Notes: generated by a model not told the origin, from the letters alone. A stretch of 64,000 nucleotides of DNA from Candidatus Kerfeldbacteria bacterium (GCA_963731735.1 CAVSWO010000002.1:402891-466890); one strand, 5' to 3'. Positions 38,691 to 49,467 are shown, counted from the first letter of the stretch. Made by a program: numbers and translations.

Positions 38691-40742
38691 CTAGCGTCGC
38701 CGACGGCCAGGCAGTTGCCGCTTGATAACTTTGCCCCGCCCCCGCCCGCCTAGTCCGCCGGTACGTGATGGAGTTGGCAACTGTTTTTCCGCTTCGGCCA
38801 ATTGGTCGCGCAAGAGCGCGGCTTTCTCGAATTCCAGATTGCTGGCGGCCAATTCCATTTTTTCCTTCAGCTGGCGGATCAGGTACCGGAGTTCGTCGGG
38901 CGGAATATCGCTCGGGACTCTTGGGAGATCCTGATCGGGTTTCTTCATGCCCTTGAGATGTTCGTCGCGAATAGCGCGCGTGATGCTGGCGGGGGTAATT
39001 CCATGAGCTTGATTATATGTAGCCTGAATTTTTCGACGGCGCTTGGTTTCGTCAATTGCGCGCAGCATGGAATTAGTCATGCGATCGGCATACATTATGA
39101 CCCGGCCCTCGAGATGTCTGGCGGCCCGGCCCATGACCTGCATCAGCGACGTTTCCGAGCGCAGAAAGCCCTCCTTATCGGCATCAAGAATTGCCACCAG
39201 CGAGACTTCTGGTAAATCCAGCCCCTCCCGAAGCAAGTTAATCCCGACCACTACATCATATTTCCCAAGCCGCAGGTCGCGCAGAATTTCCAGCCGTTCA
39301 AAAGTTTCGACTTCTGAGTGTAAATACTGAACCTTGATTTTCATTTCTTCCAAATAATCTTTCAAGTCTTCGGCCATCCGCTTGGTCAAGGTGGTGACGA
39401 GAACCCGCTGGCCCTTTTTGGTGGTAGCCTTGATTTCCTCTACCAAGTCGTCAACTTGGTGTTTGAGCGGCCGGACGGCCACGTCCGGATCGAGTAAACC
39501 GGTCGGACGAATCAATTGCTCCACCACTTGTTTTGATTCTTGGAGCTCAAAATCAGCCGGTGTGGCCGAGACGTAAATGCGCTGCCCGACTCGCTGGCTA
39601 AATTCGTCGTACTGCAGCGGCCGATTGTCGAGTGCCGAGGGTAAACGAAAACCATAATCAACCAGGGTGGTTTTTCGCGACCGATCTCCGGCATACATGG
39701 CCCGAATTTGCGGTAGCGTGACATGCGACTCATCAATAAACAGCAAATAGTCTTTTGGAAAGTAATCCAGCAAGGTGGCCGGCGGTTGTCCGGAATTTCG
39801 AAAATCGAAATACCGCGAATAATTCTCAATGCCCGTGCAATAACCGGTGGTTTCCATCATTTCAAGGTCGAAGGTAGTTCGTTGTTCAAGTCGCTCAGCT
39901 TCGAGGGGGCGATCATGTTGCTTATACCAGGCCACCCGTTCCCGCATTTCCTGTCGAATAGTCGAGATTATTTTTGGCAACTGTTCCTCAATGGTTACGA
40001 ACTGGCGGCCTGGATAGAGGGTGGTTTGTTTGAGCTTTTCGACCACTGCTCCGGTCAACGGGTCAATCACACGCAAACTGGCCAACTTCGCATCATCAAA
40101 CACCAGGCGCAAGGCGGTCTCGGCATAGGCCGGAAAGATGTCAATAATTTCCCCCCGGACGCGGAAGGTGGCGCGTTGAAAGTCGTAATCATTTCTTTGG
40201 TACAGGGCCAAGGTCAATTGACGCAGGAAGGCGGTCCGCGGATAAGAATTTCCAACTTCGAGCGGGATGGAAACCTGCTGGTACTTTTGTGGATTACCCA
40301 ATCCGTAAATGCATGAAACCGAAGCCACGATCAGCACGTCCCGGCGCGTCAGCAGCGCGTGGGTGGCGGCGTTCCGCAGGCGATCAATTTCTTCATTGAT
40401 TTCCGATTCTTTCTCAATATACAAATCTTTCTGCGGAACATAGGCTTCTGGTTGGTAGTAATCGTAATAGGAGACGAAATAGTGTACCGCATTGTGCGGG
40501 AAAAATTCCTGAAATTCGGCGGCCAGTTGCGCCGCCAGGGTCTTGTTATGGGAAATTACCAGCGTCGGCCGGTTGACCGCCGCGACCACGTTGGCCATGG
40601 TGAAGGTTTTCCCCGACCCGGTCACGCCCAACAGGGTTTGGGCCGGCAGCCCCTGCGCCAATCCACGCTGCAAAGCCGCGATCGCCTGCGGCTGATCGCC
40701 GGTTGGTTGAAATGGAGCCACCAGCGAGAATGTTTTCGCCAT
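38691..40742 (-). CDS. uvrB: Excinuclease ABC subunit B
   Basis: PTGDQP, GVTGSGKT, SYYDYYQPEAY, DESH, C-terminal UVR domain. Confidence 0.98.
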   Translation of the reverse strand: MAKTFSLVAPFQPTGDQPQAIAALQRGLAQGLPAQTLLGVTGSGKTFTMANVVAAVNRPTLVISHNKTLAAQLAAEFQEFFPHNAVHYFVSYYDYYQPEAYVPQKDLYIEKESEINEEIDRLRNAATHALLTRRDVLIVASVSCIYGLGNPQKYQQVSIPLEVGNSYPRTAFLRQLTLALYQRNDYDFQRATFRVRGEIIDIFPAYAETALRLVFDDAKLASLRVIDPLTGAVVEKLKQTTLYPGRQFVTIEEQLPKIISTIRQEMRERVAWYKQHDRPLEAERLEQRTTFDLEMMETTGYCTGIENYSRYFDFRNSGQPPATLLDYFPKDYLLFIDESHVTLPQIRAMYAGDRSRKTTLVDYGFRLPSALDNRPLQYDEFSQRVGQRIYVSATPADFELQESKQVVEQLIRPTGLLDPDVAVRPLKHQVDDLVEEIKATTKKGQRVLVTTLTKRMAEDLKDYLEEMKIKVQYLHSEVETFERLEILRDLRLGKYDVVVGINLLREGLDLPEVSLVAILDADKEGFLRSETSLMQVMGRAARHLEGRVIMYADRMTNSMLRAIDETKRRRKIQATYNQAHGITPASITRAIRDEHLKGMKKPDQDLPRVPSDIPPDELRYLIRQLKEKMELAASNLEFEKAALLRDQLAEAEKQLPTPSRTGGLGGRGRGKVIKRQLPGRRRR

Positions 40743-40824
40743 AATCTGGGTAGCCTAGCATGCATAAAATTGATTTCCAAGTGGCTGGAATTTTCCTTTG
40801 GTTTTCGGTACACTACACGTTGAT

Positions 40825-42444
40825 ATGCCAGCGCGCCGAAAACCTTTGGAAACCAAAACGACCGTGATTGAAAAGGTCCACATTGGCCAGCGAGTTTCCA
40901 TTGGCCTGATTGCAATTTCACTCAGCCTGATCTCGCTGGCGCTCGGATTGGCGCTATTTAACAGCCCCGCCGCGTTACTGATTGTGCCTACCCCGGCGCC
41001 GTTAACCGCTTCGTCGGCGTCGGCGGTCACGTTGACCTGGACGGCGCCGGGCGACGACGGCAACACGGGCCAGGCCACCGGCTACCAATTGCGTTATTCA
41101 ACCAGTCCGCTGACAGCTGCAAACTTTGCGTCGGCGACGGTCGTTTCTCCGACCCCGATTCCGCAACCGGCAGGCAGTACGGAAACATACACCGTGACGG
41201 GCCTGCAACCTTCAACCACCTATTTTTTCGGATTAAAAAGTTATGATGAGGCGGGGAACACCTCAGTAATTTCTAACATTGCCACGAAAACCACCGATGC
41301 CCTGCCCGAGGCATGTGTGCCAACCTATACGTGTACCAGTTGGTCGGCCTGTACGAACGGCACGCAGACCCGTACCTGCTCAGTCACGAATGGTTGTGCA
41401 TCAAATGTCGATCAACCCGTCATCACCCAGAGCTGTACCAGCCCGTCGCCGGATGCGTTGACTGGCGCGGGTGGCACGATTGGGGAGATAGACAACCCAA
41501 TGGTCGTAGCCGGCGTGGCACAGCGGACTATTCCAGTGGTGCGGACAATAAATTATATCAGCGGCCGGGTGCTGCGTGAGTGGCTGGTGTTTTCTCGGAC
41601 TGATCGGAACGGCACGCACGTCGCGACCGGTGATGTAACCGGAGACCATCGGGCGGACGTGGTGGTCGGTACGGGGATTGGGAGCGACCCATTAGTGAAA
41701 ATTTATACTGATGCGGGTGAGCTCCTAACGCAATTTGATCCGTATCAGACTAGTCGGGGAATCGGCGTCTACGTGGCTACCGGTGACATCGATGGAGACG
41801 GCGTGGATGAAATCATTACCGTGCCGTCGCGTTCAGCCGCGCATATCCGAGTTTTCCGCTATAGTCCCGCTCAACATCGCGTGAACGCGGTGACGCAAGC
41901 CTTTGCCTATGATTCAAGTCAACGGAATGGATTTAGTTTAGCGGTTGGCGATCTTGATTTGGATGGTAAGGATGAAATCGCGATTGCCGCCCGAACAAAC
42001 GCGCTGACCGTCAGTGTCTTTGATTACGGTGCGGATAAAGCGTTGCACCGGGTCAGTAAGTTTGTGCCCTATGGTCGACTATTTGAGAGCGGCATTACAT
42101 TGGCGATTGGCGATATCAACGGCGACGGACGCGGCGATATCGTAACGGCTCCCGGTCCGAATCTGTATACGCACATCAAAGTCTTCACTGAACAGGGTCA
42201 GGAACTGGCCGGATTTTTACCGACCTCAACCGCTTACCGGGGCGGTGTTGATTTGGCCACATCCGATATCAATCACGACGGTAAGGATGAGATTATTACC
42301 GGCTCGTACGGCCACGGCGATCCCGGTGTTTGGGCGTTCCGCTACAGTGGCCTGACCAAACATTTTGAACGGATCAAAGCCATGTTCGTCTATCCGCGGA
42401 CCATGCAAGACGGCTTACGAATTGATGCCACCCCGCACACATGA
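40825..42444 (+). CDS. Membrane-anchored protein with FN3, Cys-rich TSP-like segment and FG-GAP/VCBS repeats
   Basis: LTWTAPGDDG, CTSWSAC..QTRTC, repeated GDIDGDG.DEI motifs. Confidence 0.85.
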   Translation: MPARRKPLETKTTVIEKVHIGQRVSIGLIAISLSLISLALGLALFNSPAALLIVPTPAPLTASSASAVTLTWTAPGDDGNTGQATGYQLRYSTSPLTAANFASATVVSPTPIPQPAGSTETYTVTGLQPSTTYFFGLKSYDEAGNTSVISNIATKTTDALPEACVPTYTCTSWSACTNGTQTRTCSVTNGCASNVDQPVITQSCTSPSPDALTGAGGTIGEIDNPMVVAGVAQRTIPVVRTINYISGRVLREWLVFSRTDRNGTHVATGDVTGDHRADVVVGTGIGSDPLVKIYTDAGELLTQFDPYQTSRGIGVYVATGDIDGDGVDEIITVPSRSAAHIRVFRYSPAQHRVNAVTQAFAYDSSQRNGFSLAVGDLDLDGKDEIAIAARTNALTVSVFDYGADKALHRVSKFVPYGRLFESGITLAIGDINGDGRGDIVTAPGPNLYTHIKVFTEQGQELAGFLPTSTAYRGGVDLATSDINHDGKDEIITGSYGHGDPGVWAFRYSGLTKHFERIKAMFVYPRTMQDGLRIDATPHT

Positions 42445-42998
42445 TTGCTTCGTTGACCGGCCAGGTAAAAGATCGGGACGCGCGATCGCTGGTTTTGGAT
42501 ATTCACGGGGTCGGTATGCGGGTGGAAGTTCTGCCGCGGGTTTTTGATCGTGCGCCGGCCGGATCTTCGGTGACGCTCTGGACACATCTCTACGTGCGGG
42601 AAGACGCGCTGGAACTATACGGTTTTCTTGAACGGAATGAATTGCAACTTTTTCAGCAACTGATCGAAATTAGCGGGGTGGGGCCGCGCATGGCGATGGG
42701 CGTTTTGTCGGCCGCCAGCGTCAAAGATCTGGAAGCCGCCATCGAACTTGGTCAATCAACGGTGCTGACCAAAGTTTCCGGAGTAGGCAAAAAAACCGCC
42801 GAGCGGATTATTCTTGAATTGCGCGGGAAATTAGCCGACGTTATGCCCGGTGATGACAGCGACTTATCCGCTACCATTGATGCCTTAACGAGTCTGGGGT
42901 ATTCGGCCCGCGAGGCGCGGGAAGCGGCGGTCGCCACGCCGCCGGAAATGTCAGTTGGCGATCGCGTCAAAACCGCGCTCAAGCAACTCGGACGATAA
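42441..42998 (+). CDS. ruvA: Holliday junction branch migration protein RuvA
   Basis: MIASLTG, VREDALELYGF, ISGVGPR, GVGKKTAERIILEL. Confidence 0.97.
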   Translation: MIASLTGQVKDRDARSLVLDIHGVGMRVEVLPRVFDRAPAGSSVTLWTHLYVREDALELYGFLERNELQLFQQLIEISGVGPRMAMGVLSAASVKDLEAAIELGQSTVLTKVSGVGKKTAERIILELRGKLADVMPGDDSDLSATIDALTSLGYSAREAREAAVATPPEMSVGDRVKTALKQLGR

Positions 42999-43001
42999 GG
43001 C

Positions 43002-44003
43002 ATGGAAATTCGTGTCCTGACGCATCCTGACCAAGGGCGAGTCTTGCTGGCGGCTCAACCGCTCCAGCCGTTTTTACAGTCCTGGGCCTGGGGGGAGTTT
43101 CAAGCAGCCGTTGGCCGTCGTGTTTGGCGACTTGGCGCGTGGGAACAGGACCGACTCCTGGCTATGGCGACGGTGATTGAACACCAGCTGGTCTTGGGAC
43201 GCACGTATTTATATTGTCCGCGCGGACCGATCGCGGCTGATGCGCAGTCGCTTGCAACACTCTTGGCGGAGCTGCGGAAGCTGGCTGACCGGGAAGGGGC
43301 GATGTATCTCAAAGTTGATCCACCCAACTATGCGTTTCCATTCGACCCAAAAAGTCTATCAGACTTTACCCCTGGCACTACCTTGCAACCGCGGCAAACC
43401 CTAATCATTGAAACGAAACGCAAGCCCGAAGATTTACTTTCGGCCATGCACCAAAAAACCCGATACAATATCCGATTGGCGGAGAAGCGTGGCGTGAACA
43501 TACAGTGGAGCACGAATGATAGCGCCTTCGCCACCTTTCTTGATCTGATCCACCAAACCTACGCGCGCCAAGGTATCCGACTGCATCCGGATAAGTATTA
43601 TCAGCACATGTTTACGGCCCTCCGAACGGCCGGACTGGTCGAAATCGGAACGGCCGAATACAACGGCCAACCAGTGGCGGCGAACCTGGTCATTTGGCAC
43701 GATCAAACAGCCACCTATCTACACGGTGGATCCAGTCAGGCGCACAAAGAGGTGATGGCGCCGCATTTGTTGCAATGGTCAACCATGCAAAGAGCCCACC
43801 AGCGCGGTTTTTCCGAATACGATTTGTGGGGAATCGCACCCACAGATCAACCATCGCACAAGTGGTCGGGTGTGACGCGCTTCAAAAAAGGCCTTGGTGG
43901 CCATACCGTGGTATTTCCACCTGCCATGAATGCCGTGCTGCAGCCGGGTTGGTATTGGGCTTATCGGTATGCAAAACGGATCCGCGGCGGCGTGGACCAA
44001 TAA
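43002..44003 (+). CDS. FemABX-family peptidoglycan bridge peptidyltransferase
   Basis: FLQSWAWG, YCPRGP, KTRYNIRLA, YDLWG, GVTRFKKGLGG. Confidence 0.92.
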   Translation: MEIRVLTHPDQGRVLLAAQPLQPFLQSWAWGEFQAAVGRRVWRLGAWEQDRLLAMATVIEHQLVLGRTYLYCPRGPIAADAQSLATLLAELRKLADREGAMYLKVDPPNYAFPFDPKSLSDFTPGTTLQPRQTLIIETKRKPEDLLSAMHQKTRYNIRLAEKRGVNIQWSTNDSAFATFLDLIHQTYARQGIRLHPDKYYQHMFTALRTAGLVEIGTAEYNGQPVAANLVIWHDQTATYLHGGSSQAHKEVMAPHLLQWSTMQRAHQRGFSEYDLWGIAPTDQPSHKWSGVTRFKKGLGGHTVVFPPAMNAVLQPGWYWAYRYAKRIRGGVDQ

Positions 44004-44136
44004 AACCTTCCCACCATCGAAAAGTTTGGTGATGGTGCCCTTCCACGGTCTTGGAACTGGGCTATAGGGGCATTATAAGGTGGCCTGACCCCCATATACT
44101 AGACACAAGAGTTCAGATTATTTACCCTTGTGTCCT

Positions 44137-44397
44137 ATGCCCAAGAAACAATATCGTATTGCTCCGGAGGTGAAGGCGGATATTCTCCGCAAGATTAAAG
44201 AAGATGGTGTCTCCGTCGCCCAAGCGGCCAAAGATCACGGTGTGGCTGAAGGGACGATCTACGGCTGGCTCGGGAAGGGTGTTGAAGGAGCCCCAACGAT
44301 TGCAGACATCATTCGCCTCAAGCGAGAGAACAAACAATTGCTTGAGCTGGTGGGTGAACTGACCGTCAAACTCTCCACCGCCCAAAAAAAGAATTGA
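44137..44397 (+). CDS. IS3 OrfA (HTH)
   Basis: SVAQAAKDHGVAEGTIYGW, LKRENKQL. Confidence 0.9.
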   Translation: MPKKQYRIAPEVKADILRKIKEDGVSVAQAAKDHGVAEGTIYGWLGKGVEGAPTIADIIRLKRENKQLLELVGELTVKLSTAQKKN

Positions 44398-45218
44398 CCG
44401 TTGGCTCGACGAACAAAACCACCCTGGCCCGCAGCCTGGGAGTGTCCCGTGCGTCACTGTATTACGTTTCCAGACAGGATCAAAAAGACTGGACCCTGAA
44501 GCGCCGCATCGAGGATGTTCTGAACCAATATCCCAGTTATGGTTACCGCCGCATGGCGCTGGCCCTTGAGGTGAACAAGAAACGGACCCAGCGGGTGATG
44601 CACCATTTCGGTCTCCATGCCTATCGCCGCCGAGGCCGACGACACCGGAAAACAAAGGCCAAAAGCCTCATCGTCTATCCCAACCTACTTCGGGAAACGA
44701 CCCCACGCTACCCCGGCCACGTCTGGGCAGCGGATTTTACCTATCTCTGGCACCGGCACCGATTCATCTACCTGGCCACAGTTATGGATCTCTACACTCG
44801 GGAGATCGTGGGCTGGTCCGTGATGACGACCCACACGGTGCCGCTCATTCTCCAAGCACTATTCGTGGGACTGCACGGCCATGCCCGTCCGGCCATCTTT
44901 CATTCGGACAACGGGCGGGAATACCTTTCCCAGGCATTCACTGGCGTCCTGCATGACCTGGGGACGTCCATTTCCCGTTCCCGGCCTGGGTGTCCGTGGG
45001 AGAACGGCTACCAGGAATCCTTCTACTCGCAGTTCAAGGTGGAGCTGGGCGATCCGAACCGGTTTTCCTCACTCGGCACATTGGTCTATGAAATCTACAA
45101 AACCATCCATACGTACAACCACTCCCGGATTCACTCAGCCCTTAAAATGCCGCCGCTACTCTTTCTTCAGCAACACCAAATGATTCCAGAAAAAGTGTCT
45201 TACGTTCGGGGGTCTTGA
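44394..45218 (+). CDS. IS3 OrfB DDE transposase (joined to OrfA by -1 frameshift)
   Basis: YGYRR, WAADFTY, HSDNG, WENGYQES, YNHSRIHSAL. Confidence 0.93.
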   Translation: MTVGSTNKTTLARSLGVSRASLYYVSRQDQKDWTLKRRIEDVLNQYPSYGYRRMALALEVNKKRTQRVMHHFGLHAYRRRGRRHRKTKAKSLIVYPNLLRETTPRYPGHVWAADFTYLWHRHRFIYLATVMDLYTREIVGWSVMTTHTVPLILQALFVGLHGHARPAIFHSDNGREYLSQAFTGVLHDLGTSISRSRPGCPWENGYQESFYSQFKVELGDPNRFSSLGTLVYEIYKTIHTYNHSRIHSALKMPPLLFLQQHQMIPEKVSYVRGS

Positions 45219-45269
45219 CATGTCTTTAGCTGTTTTGGTAAAACCTCTTGTTGGTAGGCCAGCGATGGT

Positions 45270-46133
45270 CTAGTCATAAGTTATATCTCCGAGTTTAATC
45301 GCGGGAACTACCCGTCCTTCCCCGTATTCCCCGTATGGTGTATCATCTTTTTTCCCATGGCTATCAGAGCCCCCCGTATAAGACAGACCGCGCTCTCTAA
45401 CAATATTATTCAGTTCCTCCGTTTCTTGGTCATTTGTGTGAGCATGATATACCTCAACACCCGTACACCCACCCTGAATCAATCGTAGTAGATTCGTCGA
45501 GTCTAGCTTTCTTGAGGAAAAGCTTACCTTCACTCGTGGGTGTGCAACTATTAAGTCACCAACGAGTGGCTTAATATGTTCCTTTATCCAATCAAAAGTT
45601 ACGCCGCTCCTTGGCACATGACACGGCTTACCTGGTGCCTGGTAGGCAGTATAAAACTCCTCAGGACCAAGAAGCGTTCCGGTGTTGCTGAGAAGTTTTT
45701 GATGGTTTGTTGGGTTTCGGTAAACATCTCTTGCAACGATATAACCAACCGGCAACTTGGGATCGACCTGCAAACTATCGTTGACCTGAAATCCTTGGTG
45801 TTGAAATGCTTCTGTAGTTTTAATCAACTCTTGTATTTTCATGGAATCAACGATGTTTTTTCGACGCAATAAAACATTTCGCATAGGTTCGAGCTCGAAA
45901 CCATAAGCAATCAAATGGGTTTCATACTCTTCAAATAATGCGGTTAGCTCTACGCCATTAATTACATTGATTCCGGTTCCTGCTAGGGCGCTTTTAAATG
46001 CCAGAACTCCATCTACCGTATCGTGGTCAGTGAGGGCGCAGGTCCTCATTTTTGTTACACGAATTCGGTTAGCGACCTCCTCAGGAGTCAGCTTCCCATC
46101 CGAAATAGAAGAATGAAAATGTAGGTCAATCAT
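45270..46133 (-). CDS. PHP-domain phosphoesterase (TrpH/YciV-like)
   Basis: DLHFHS..SDG, LTDHD, GVEL, AHP, GGSDSH. Confidence 0.9.
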   Translation of the reverse strand: MIDLHFHSSISDGKLTPEEVANRIRVTKMRTCALTDHDTVDGVLAFKSALAGTGINVINGVELTALFEEYETHLIAYGFELEPMRNVLLRRKNIVDSMKIQELIKTTEAFQHQGFQVNDSLQVDPKLPVGYIVARDVYRNPTNHQKLLSNTGTLLGPEEFYTAYQAPGKPCHVPRSGVTFDWIKEHIKPLVGDLIVAHPRVKVSFSSRKLDSTNLLRLIQGGCTGVEVYHAHTNDQETEELNNIVRERGLSYTGGSDSHGKKDDTPYGEYGEGRVVPAIKLGDITYD

Positions 46134-47127
46134 ATTTTGTAATGCCTAAATCCTGTAGTTCCCGTTGAATTTTAGATTGAACAACTTCTACTTGTCTTAT
46201 GCCATCCTGAGAAGAGGCAGCGGTGGAGTTTTTATGAATATAGCCGTACCGCCACAGCAACGAATTGACCCGAACAAGGTCGTGGTAAATACTTAGTCGG
46301 TCTTCAAGGCCTGAATCTGGATTGACATGCTCATATGTTTGCAGAAAATCTCGAGCCTGATCCGAATTGAGATCACACTTGAGAAAGAATTTTGCAATAT
46401 CCATGGCAGGATCTCCGATCGATGCCGATCCCCAGTCGATGAGTGTAACTGATTCCTTCTTTGGATCCCATAAAATGTTTGACGGGTTGAGGTCAAAATG
46501 AATAAGTGAAAAACTCTCACCGGCGAAAGCGTTGGGGGATTTACCAGCAAGTGTTTTATTATTGTTAATTACTCCTAACAGGGAGCTCCGGAGTTTTTCA
46601 GGAAGGCCCGGTGTAGTTTGCGCACGCTCAGAGAGATCTCCGATTCCATCAAGTAGGAAGTCGTGTTGGTTACCAGCCTTTCTGTTCTCCAGAGGCTTTC
46701 CATATTTATTAAAAATTGGTTGGTGTATTTCCCCCAGTGCTTGAGCAATAACTTGAATGAGTTTGCCGTTAAATTCTTTCGGGGGTTCACCTAGCGCCTT
46801 CGTCTCAACCAAAGTTTCTTGACTCGGAATGAACGCCCTTAGTTCTGGACTGTGTGGGGAGCCAGTTCGCCTCAAGAGTCTTAAGATTACGTGCTCGCGG
46901 TCAATGCTTTGATCCTGTCCGACTTCTTTACCATGCCTTTTTAAAACCAAGTCCTCTCCATTTTGTCGGGTCACAAAAGTCGTGGCAACCGTCCCGTGAT
47001 TTTCTGGTGATTCGTGGAAAATCTTTTCTAGTGATTCTTCATTGAGCCCGATACGACCCAAATCATCTTTTTCTCTTTCGGAGAGAGCCGAATGGGGTTC
47101 TTGCTCTTGGGCAGAGAATTCAGACAT
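46126..47127 (-). CDS. APH/choline-kinase-like phosphotransferase
   Basis: LVLK, HFDLNPSNIL, LIDW, GDPAMDIA. Confidence 0.88.
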   Translation of the reverse strand: MSEFSAQEQEPHSALSEREKDDLGRIGLNEESLEKIFHESPENHGTVATTFVTRQNGEDLVLKRHGKEVGQDQSIDREHVILRLLRRTGSPHSPELRAFIPSQETLVETKALGEPPKEFNGKLIQVIAQALGEIHQPIFNKYGKPLENRKAGNQHDFLLDGIGDLSERAQTTPGLPEKLRSSLLGVINNNKTLAGKSPNAFAGESFSLIHFDLNPSNILWDPKKESVTLIDWGSASIGDPAMDIAKFFLKCDLNSDQARDFLQTYEHVNPDSGLEDRLSIYHDLVRVNSLLWRYGYIHKNSTAASSQDGIRQVEVVQSKIQRELQDLGITKYD

Positions 47128-47214
47128 ATCAACCCCAGTATAGCTGTAATTACTCGAAAAATCAATTTGTAATTGCTTGATTGTTCCAAGAAAATATGAG
47201 AATATTTAGCCATT

Positions 47215-48159
47215 ATGATCCTAGAGAAGAAAACTGTTTTGGTGACAGGTGGGGCAGGGTTTATCGGCCACCATCTTTGTTCAGCGTTACTGTCCAGAGG
47301 CTATAAGGTCCTTTGTCTGGATAATTTTTCTAGTGGGACACCTCAGAACATCAGCCACTTGAAAGGCCATAGAGCATTCGGCCTCATTCGCCACGATATC
47401 GCTAAGCCGATAAGCATACGAGGAAAGATACATTCGATATATAATCTTGCTTCCCCAGCTTCCCCGGTTGATTATCAACGAAGGCCGCTTGACACGCTTA
47501 GAGCTAACACACTTGGTATCTTCAATGTGGCATTTTTGGCCCTGAAAAAGAGGGCAGACTTATTTCAAGCATCTACTTCGGAAATTTACGGCGACCCTCT
47601 CGTCCACCCGCAGATAGAAAGATACTTTGGCAACGTAAACCATCTTGGTTGGAGAGGGTGCTACGAAGAGGGCAAGCGCGTGGCTGAGACAATACTATTT
47701 ACCTTCTACCAAACACAGAATTTAAAACTCCAGATCGTCCGTATTTTTAATACATACGGTCCGGGCATGCGAGCGAATGATGGCCGAGTGATACCTTCCT
47801 TCATTGTTGCAGCAAAACACAACAAACCCATCAGGATCTATGGAGGAAGCCAAACGCGTTCCTTCTGCTACGTTGATGATCTGGTGCTTGGTTTATTGCG
47901 ACTCCAAAATCTGAAACAGTATGCTGGTCCAATTAATTTAGGAAACCCTGAAGAGGCTACTATGTCGGAACTCGCATCGAAGATATTGCTTATGACTAAT
48001 TCCAAAAGCAAAATTACTACCTTACCTAGTCAACTGGATGATCCCAAAAAGCGACGGCCAAATATTGATAAGGCAAAAAAATTGCTACACTGGATACCAA
48101 AAATTCCGTTAGAAAAGGGTTTACAGTCTACCCTTGACGGCCTTATCACGTCTTCATGA
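47215..48159 (+). CDS. UDP-glucuronate decarboxylase-like extended SDR
   Basis: TGGAGFIG, LASPASPVDY, STSEIYGDP, CYEEGKR, RIFNTYGP. Confidence 0.9.
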   Translation: MILEKKTVLVTGGAGFIGHHLCSALLSRGYKVLCLDNFSSGTPQNISHLKGHRAFGLIRHDIAKPISIRGKIHSIYNLASPASPVDYQRRPLDTLRANTLGIFNVAFLALKKRADLFQASTSEIYGDPLVHPQIERYFGNVNHLGWRGCYEEGKRVAETILFTFYQTQNLKLQIVRIFNTYGPGMRANDGRVIPSFIVAAKHNKPIRIYGGSQTRSFCYVDDLVLGLLRLQNLKQYAGPINLGNPEEATMSELASKILLMTNSKSKITTLPSQLDDPKKRRPNIDKAKKLLHWIPKIPLEKGLQSTLDGLITSS

Positions 48160-48626
48160 GTAAGAAAAAGTTAGCCTATACTCCCACAACCGACGCCGGT
48201 GGCGTTATTGTCCGTAAACACAACGGCCACATTGAGGTTCTACTCTTTCAAGATCAAGAATATGATGACTGGAAACTCCCTAAGGGGCACGCTGAGCCCA
48301 ACGAGACACTCGAGCAAACCGCTCAAAGGGAAATTCTTGAAGAGGTTGGTGTGACAAACGTGTACCTTCACGGGCTTCTCGACACACTTGATCTGAATGA
48401 ACTGGGCATCAAGCATAAATTCAAAGACGAGGTGACGCGATACAACAGGTTCCGGAAAATCGCCTTGGGCAAGAGCAAAGAAAAGGAATCCGGGGAAACC
48501 TTCGATATGAAGGCCTATGCCGTCTACCTTCTGACCGAGGGATCAATAGCGGAGAAACGAGAATTACTAGCGAATCTCAAGAGTAGGCTGACGATGAAAA
48601 ATAAAGTGCTGGCGCTAGAGAAATAA
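48156..48626 (+). pseudogene. Chimeric ORF: truncated NUDIX N-terminus fused to a probable recombinase C-terminal tail
   Basis: Nudix box GHAEPNETLEQTAQREILEEVG, then an abrupt switch at ~48385 to LDLNELG..YAVYLLTEGS..EKRELLANLKSRL. Confidence 0.55.
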
Positions 48627-48634
48627 TAAACTAC

Positions 48635-49351
48635 TTATTCGGCAGCACTCATAGAGATGTTTCTTTGATACATTTTTGCTTCTCCTGTTTCAGGATCCTG
48701 TACAACGTTCTCGACTTTCTTCTTCTCCGTATCCCAGGACACGGGTTCATCCAATGAATAGGCATAAAATGGGCGGATGCCTCTACCGGCGAATTCCAAC
48801 GTTCTGAAAACATAGTTCAGGAATGAACCGGTATACCGATACCGACGAATACAGCCTTCTAACTGTCGTTGAGCTTCTTCTTCGTACCCTTGCCAACGAT
48901 TGAGAAAGTAATACTTTTCCAGCCAGTCGCTGATAGTATAAGTGACCAACTTGATGACCTCGTTTTTGGCCGAGAGATTACCACGCTGGGCTAAGCGCAC
49001 CAGCGTGATGCTAATAATGTCTCTGGTGCGCCGGTCAGTCAGGTCTTGCGGAGCGATAAACACATAAAGCTTATTCCGATATTTACTTGTAACTGCATCA
49101 ACCTCTACAATGTTCTCATACGGGATTGGATTCTGACGTGACCGTCCTGGAGCCCAGCGTCGTTGGTACTTCCACTCCAAGGCATAGGTGACTGTATCCC
49201 AATCAATGCCGCCAGTTTCCGCTCTTACATTTCTCCAAATGAATCGGTAACAATGGGGGGCGTATTTTAATATCCAAGAACTATTGAATGACAGAGGGCT
49301 TTTCTTTACTAACAATTTGTTGAGAGTTATAATCACATCATCGAAATGCAT
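48635..49351 (-). CDS. Hypothetical protein with sigma-factor region-2-like segment
   Basis: LVRLAQRGNLSAKNEVI...GSFLNYV...YSLDEP. Confidence 0.6.
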   Translation of the reverse strand: MHFDDVIITLNKLLVKKSPLSFNSSWILKYAPHCYRFIWRNVRAETGGIDWDTVTYALEWKYQRRWAPGRSRQNPIPYENIVEVDAVTSKYRNKLYVFIAPQDLTDRRTRDIISITLVRLAQRGNLSAKNEVIKLVTYTISDWLEKYYFLNRWQGYEEEAQRQLEGCIRRYRYTGSFLNYVFRTLEFAGRGIRPFYAYSLDEPVSWDTEKKKVENVVQDPETGEAKMYQRNISMSAAE

Positions 49352-49467
49352 TGATTCATTGTATCGTAAAAACAGTCGCGATTATGCCACTGTTTTTACT
49401 CAAGGGCTGAGGCACGTCGGTCGCGCAAGCAAGTCGACTACCACGGTCTCTCGATACTAAATGTTGT

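Larger units (their letters stand above)
44081..45220 (+). mobile_element. IS3-family insertion sequence (1140 bp)
   Basis: TG...CA ends, 26-bp imperfect IRs (44081-44106 and 45195-45220), orfA/orfB with A7G slippery site at 44384-44391. No flanking direct repeat visible. Confidence 0.92.
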
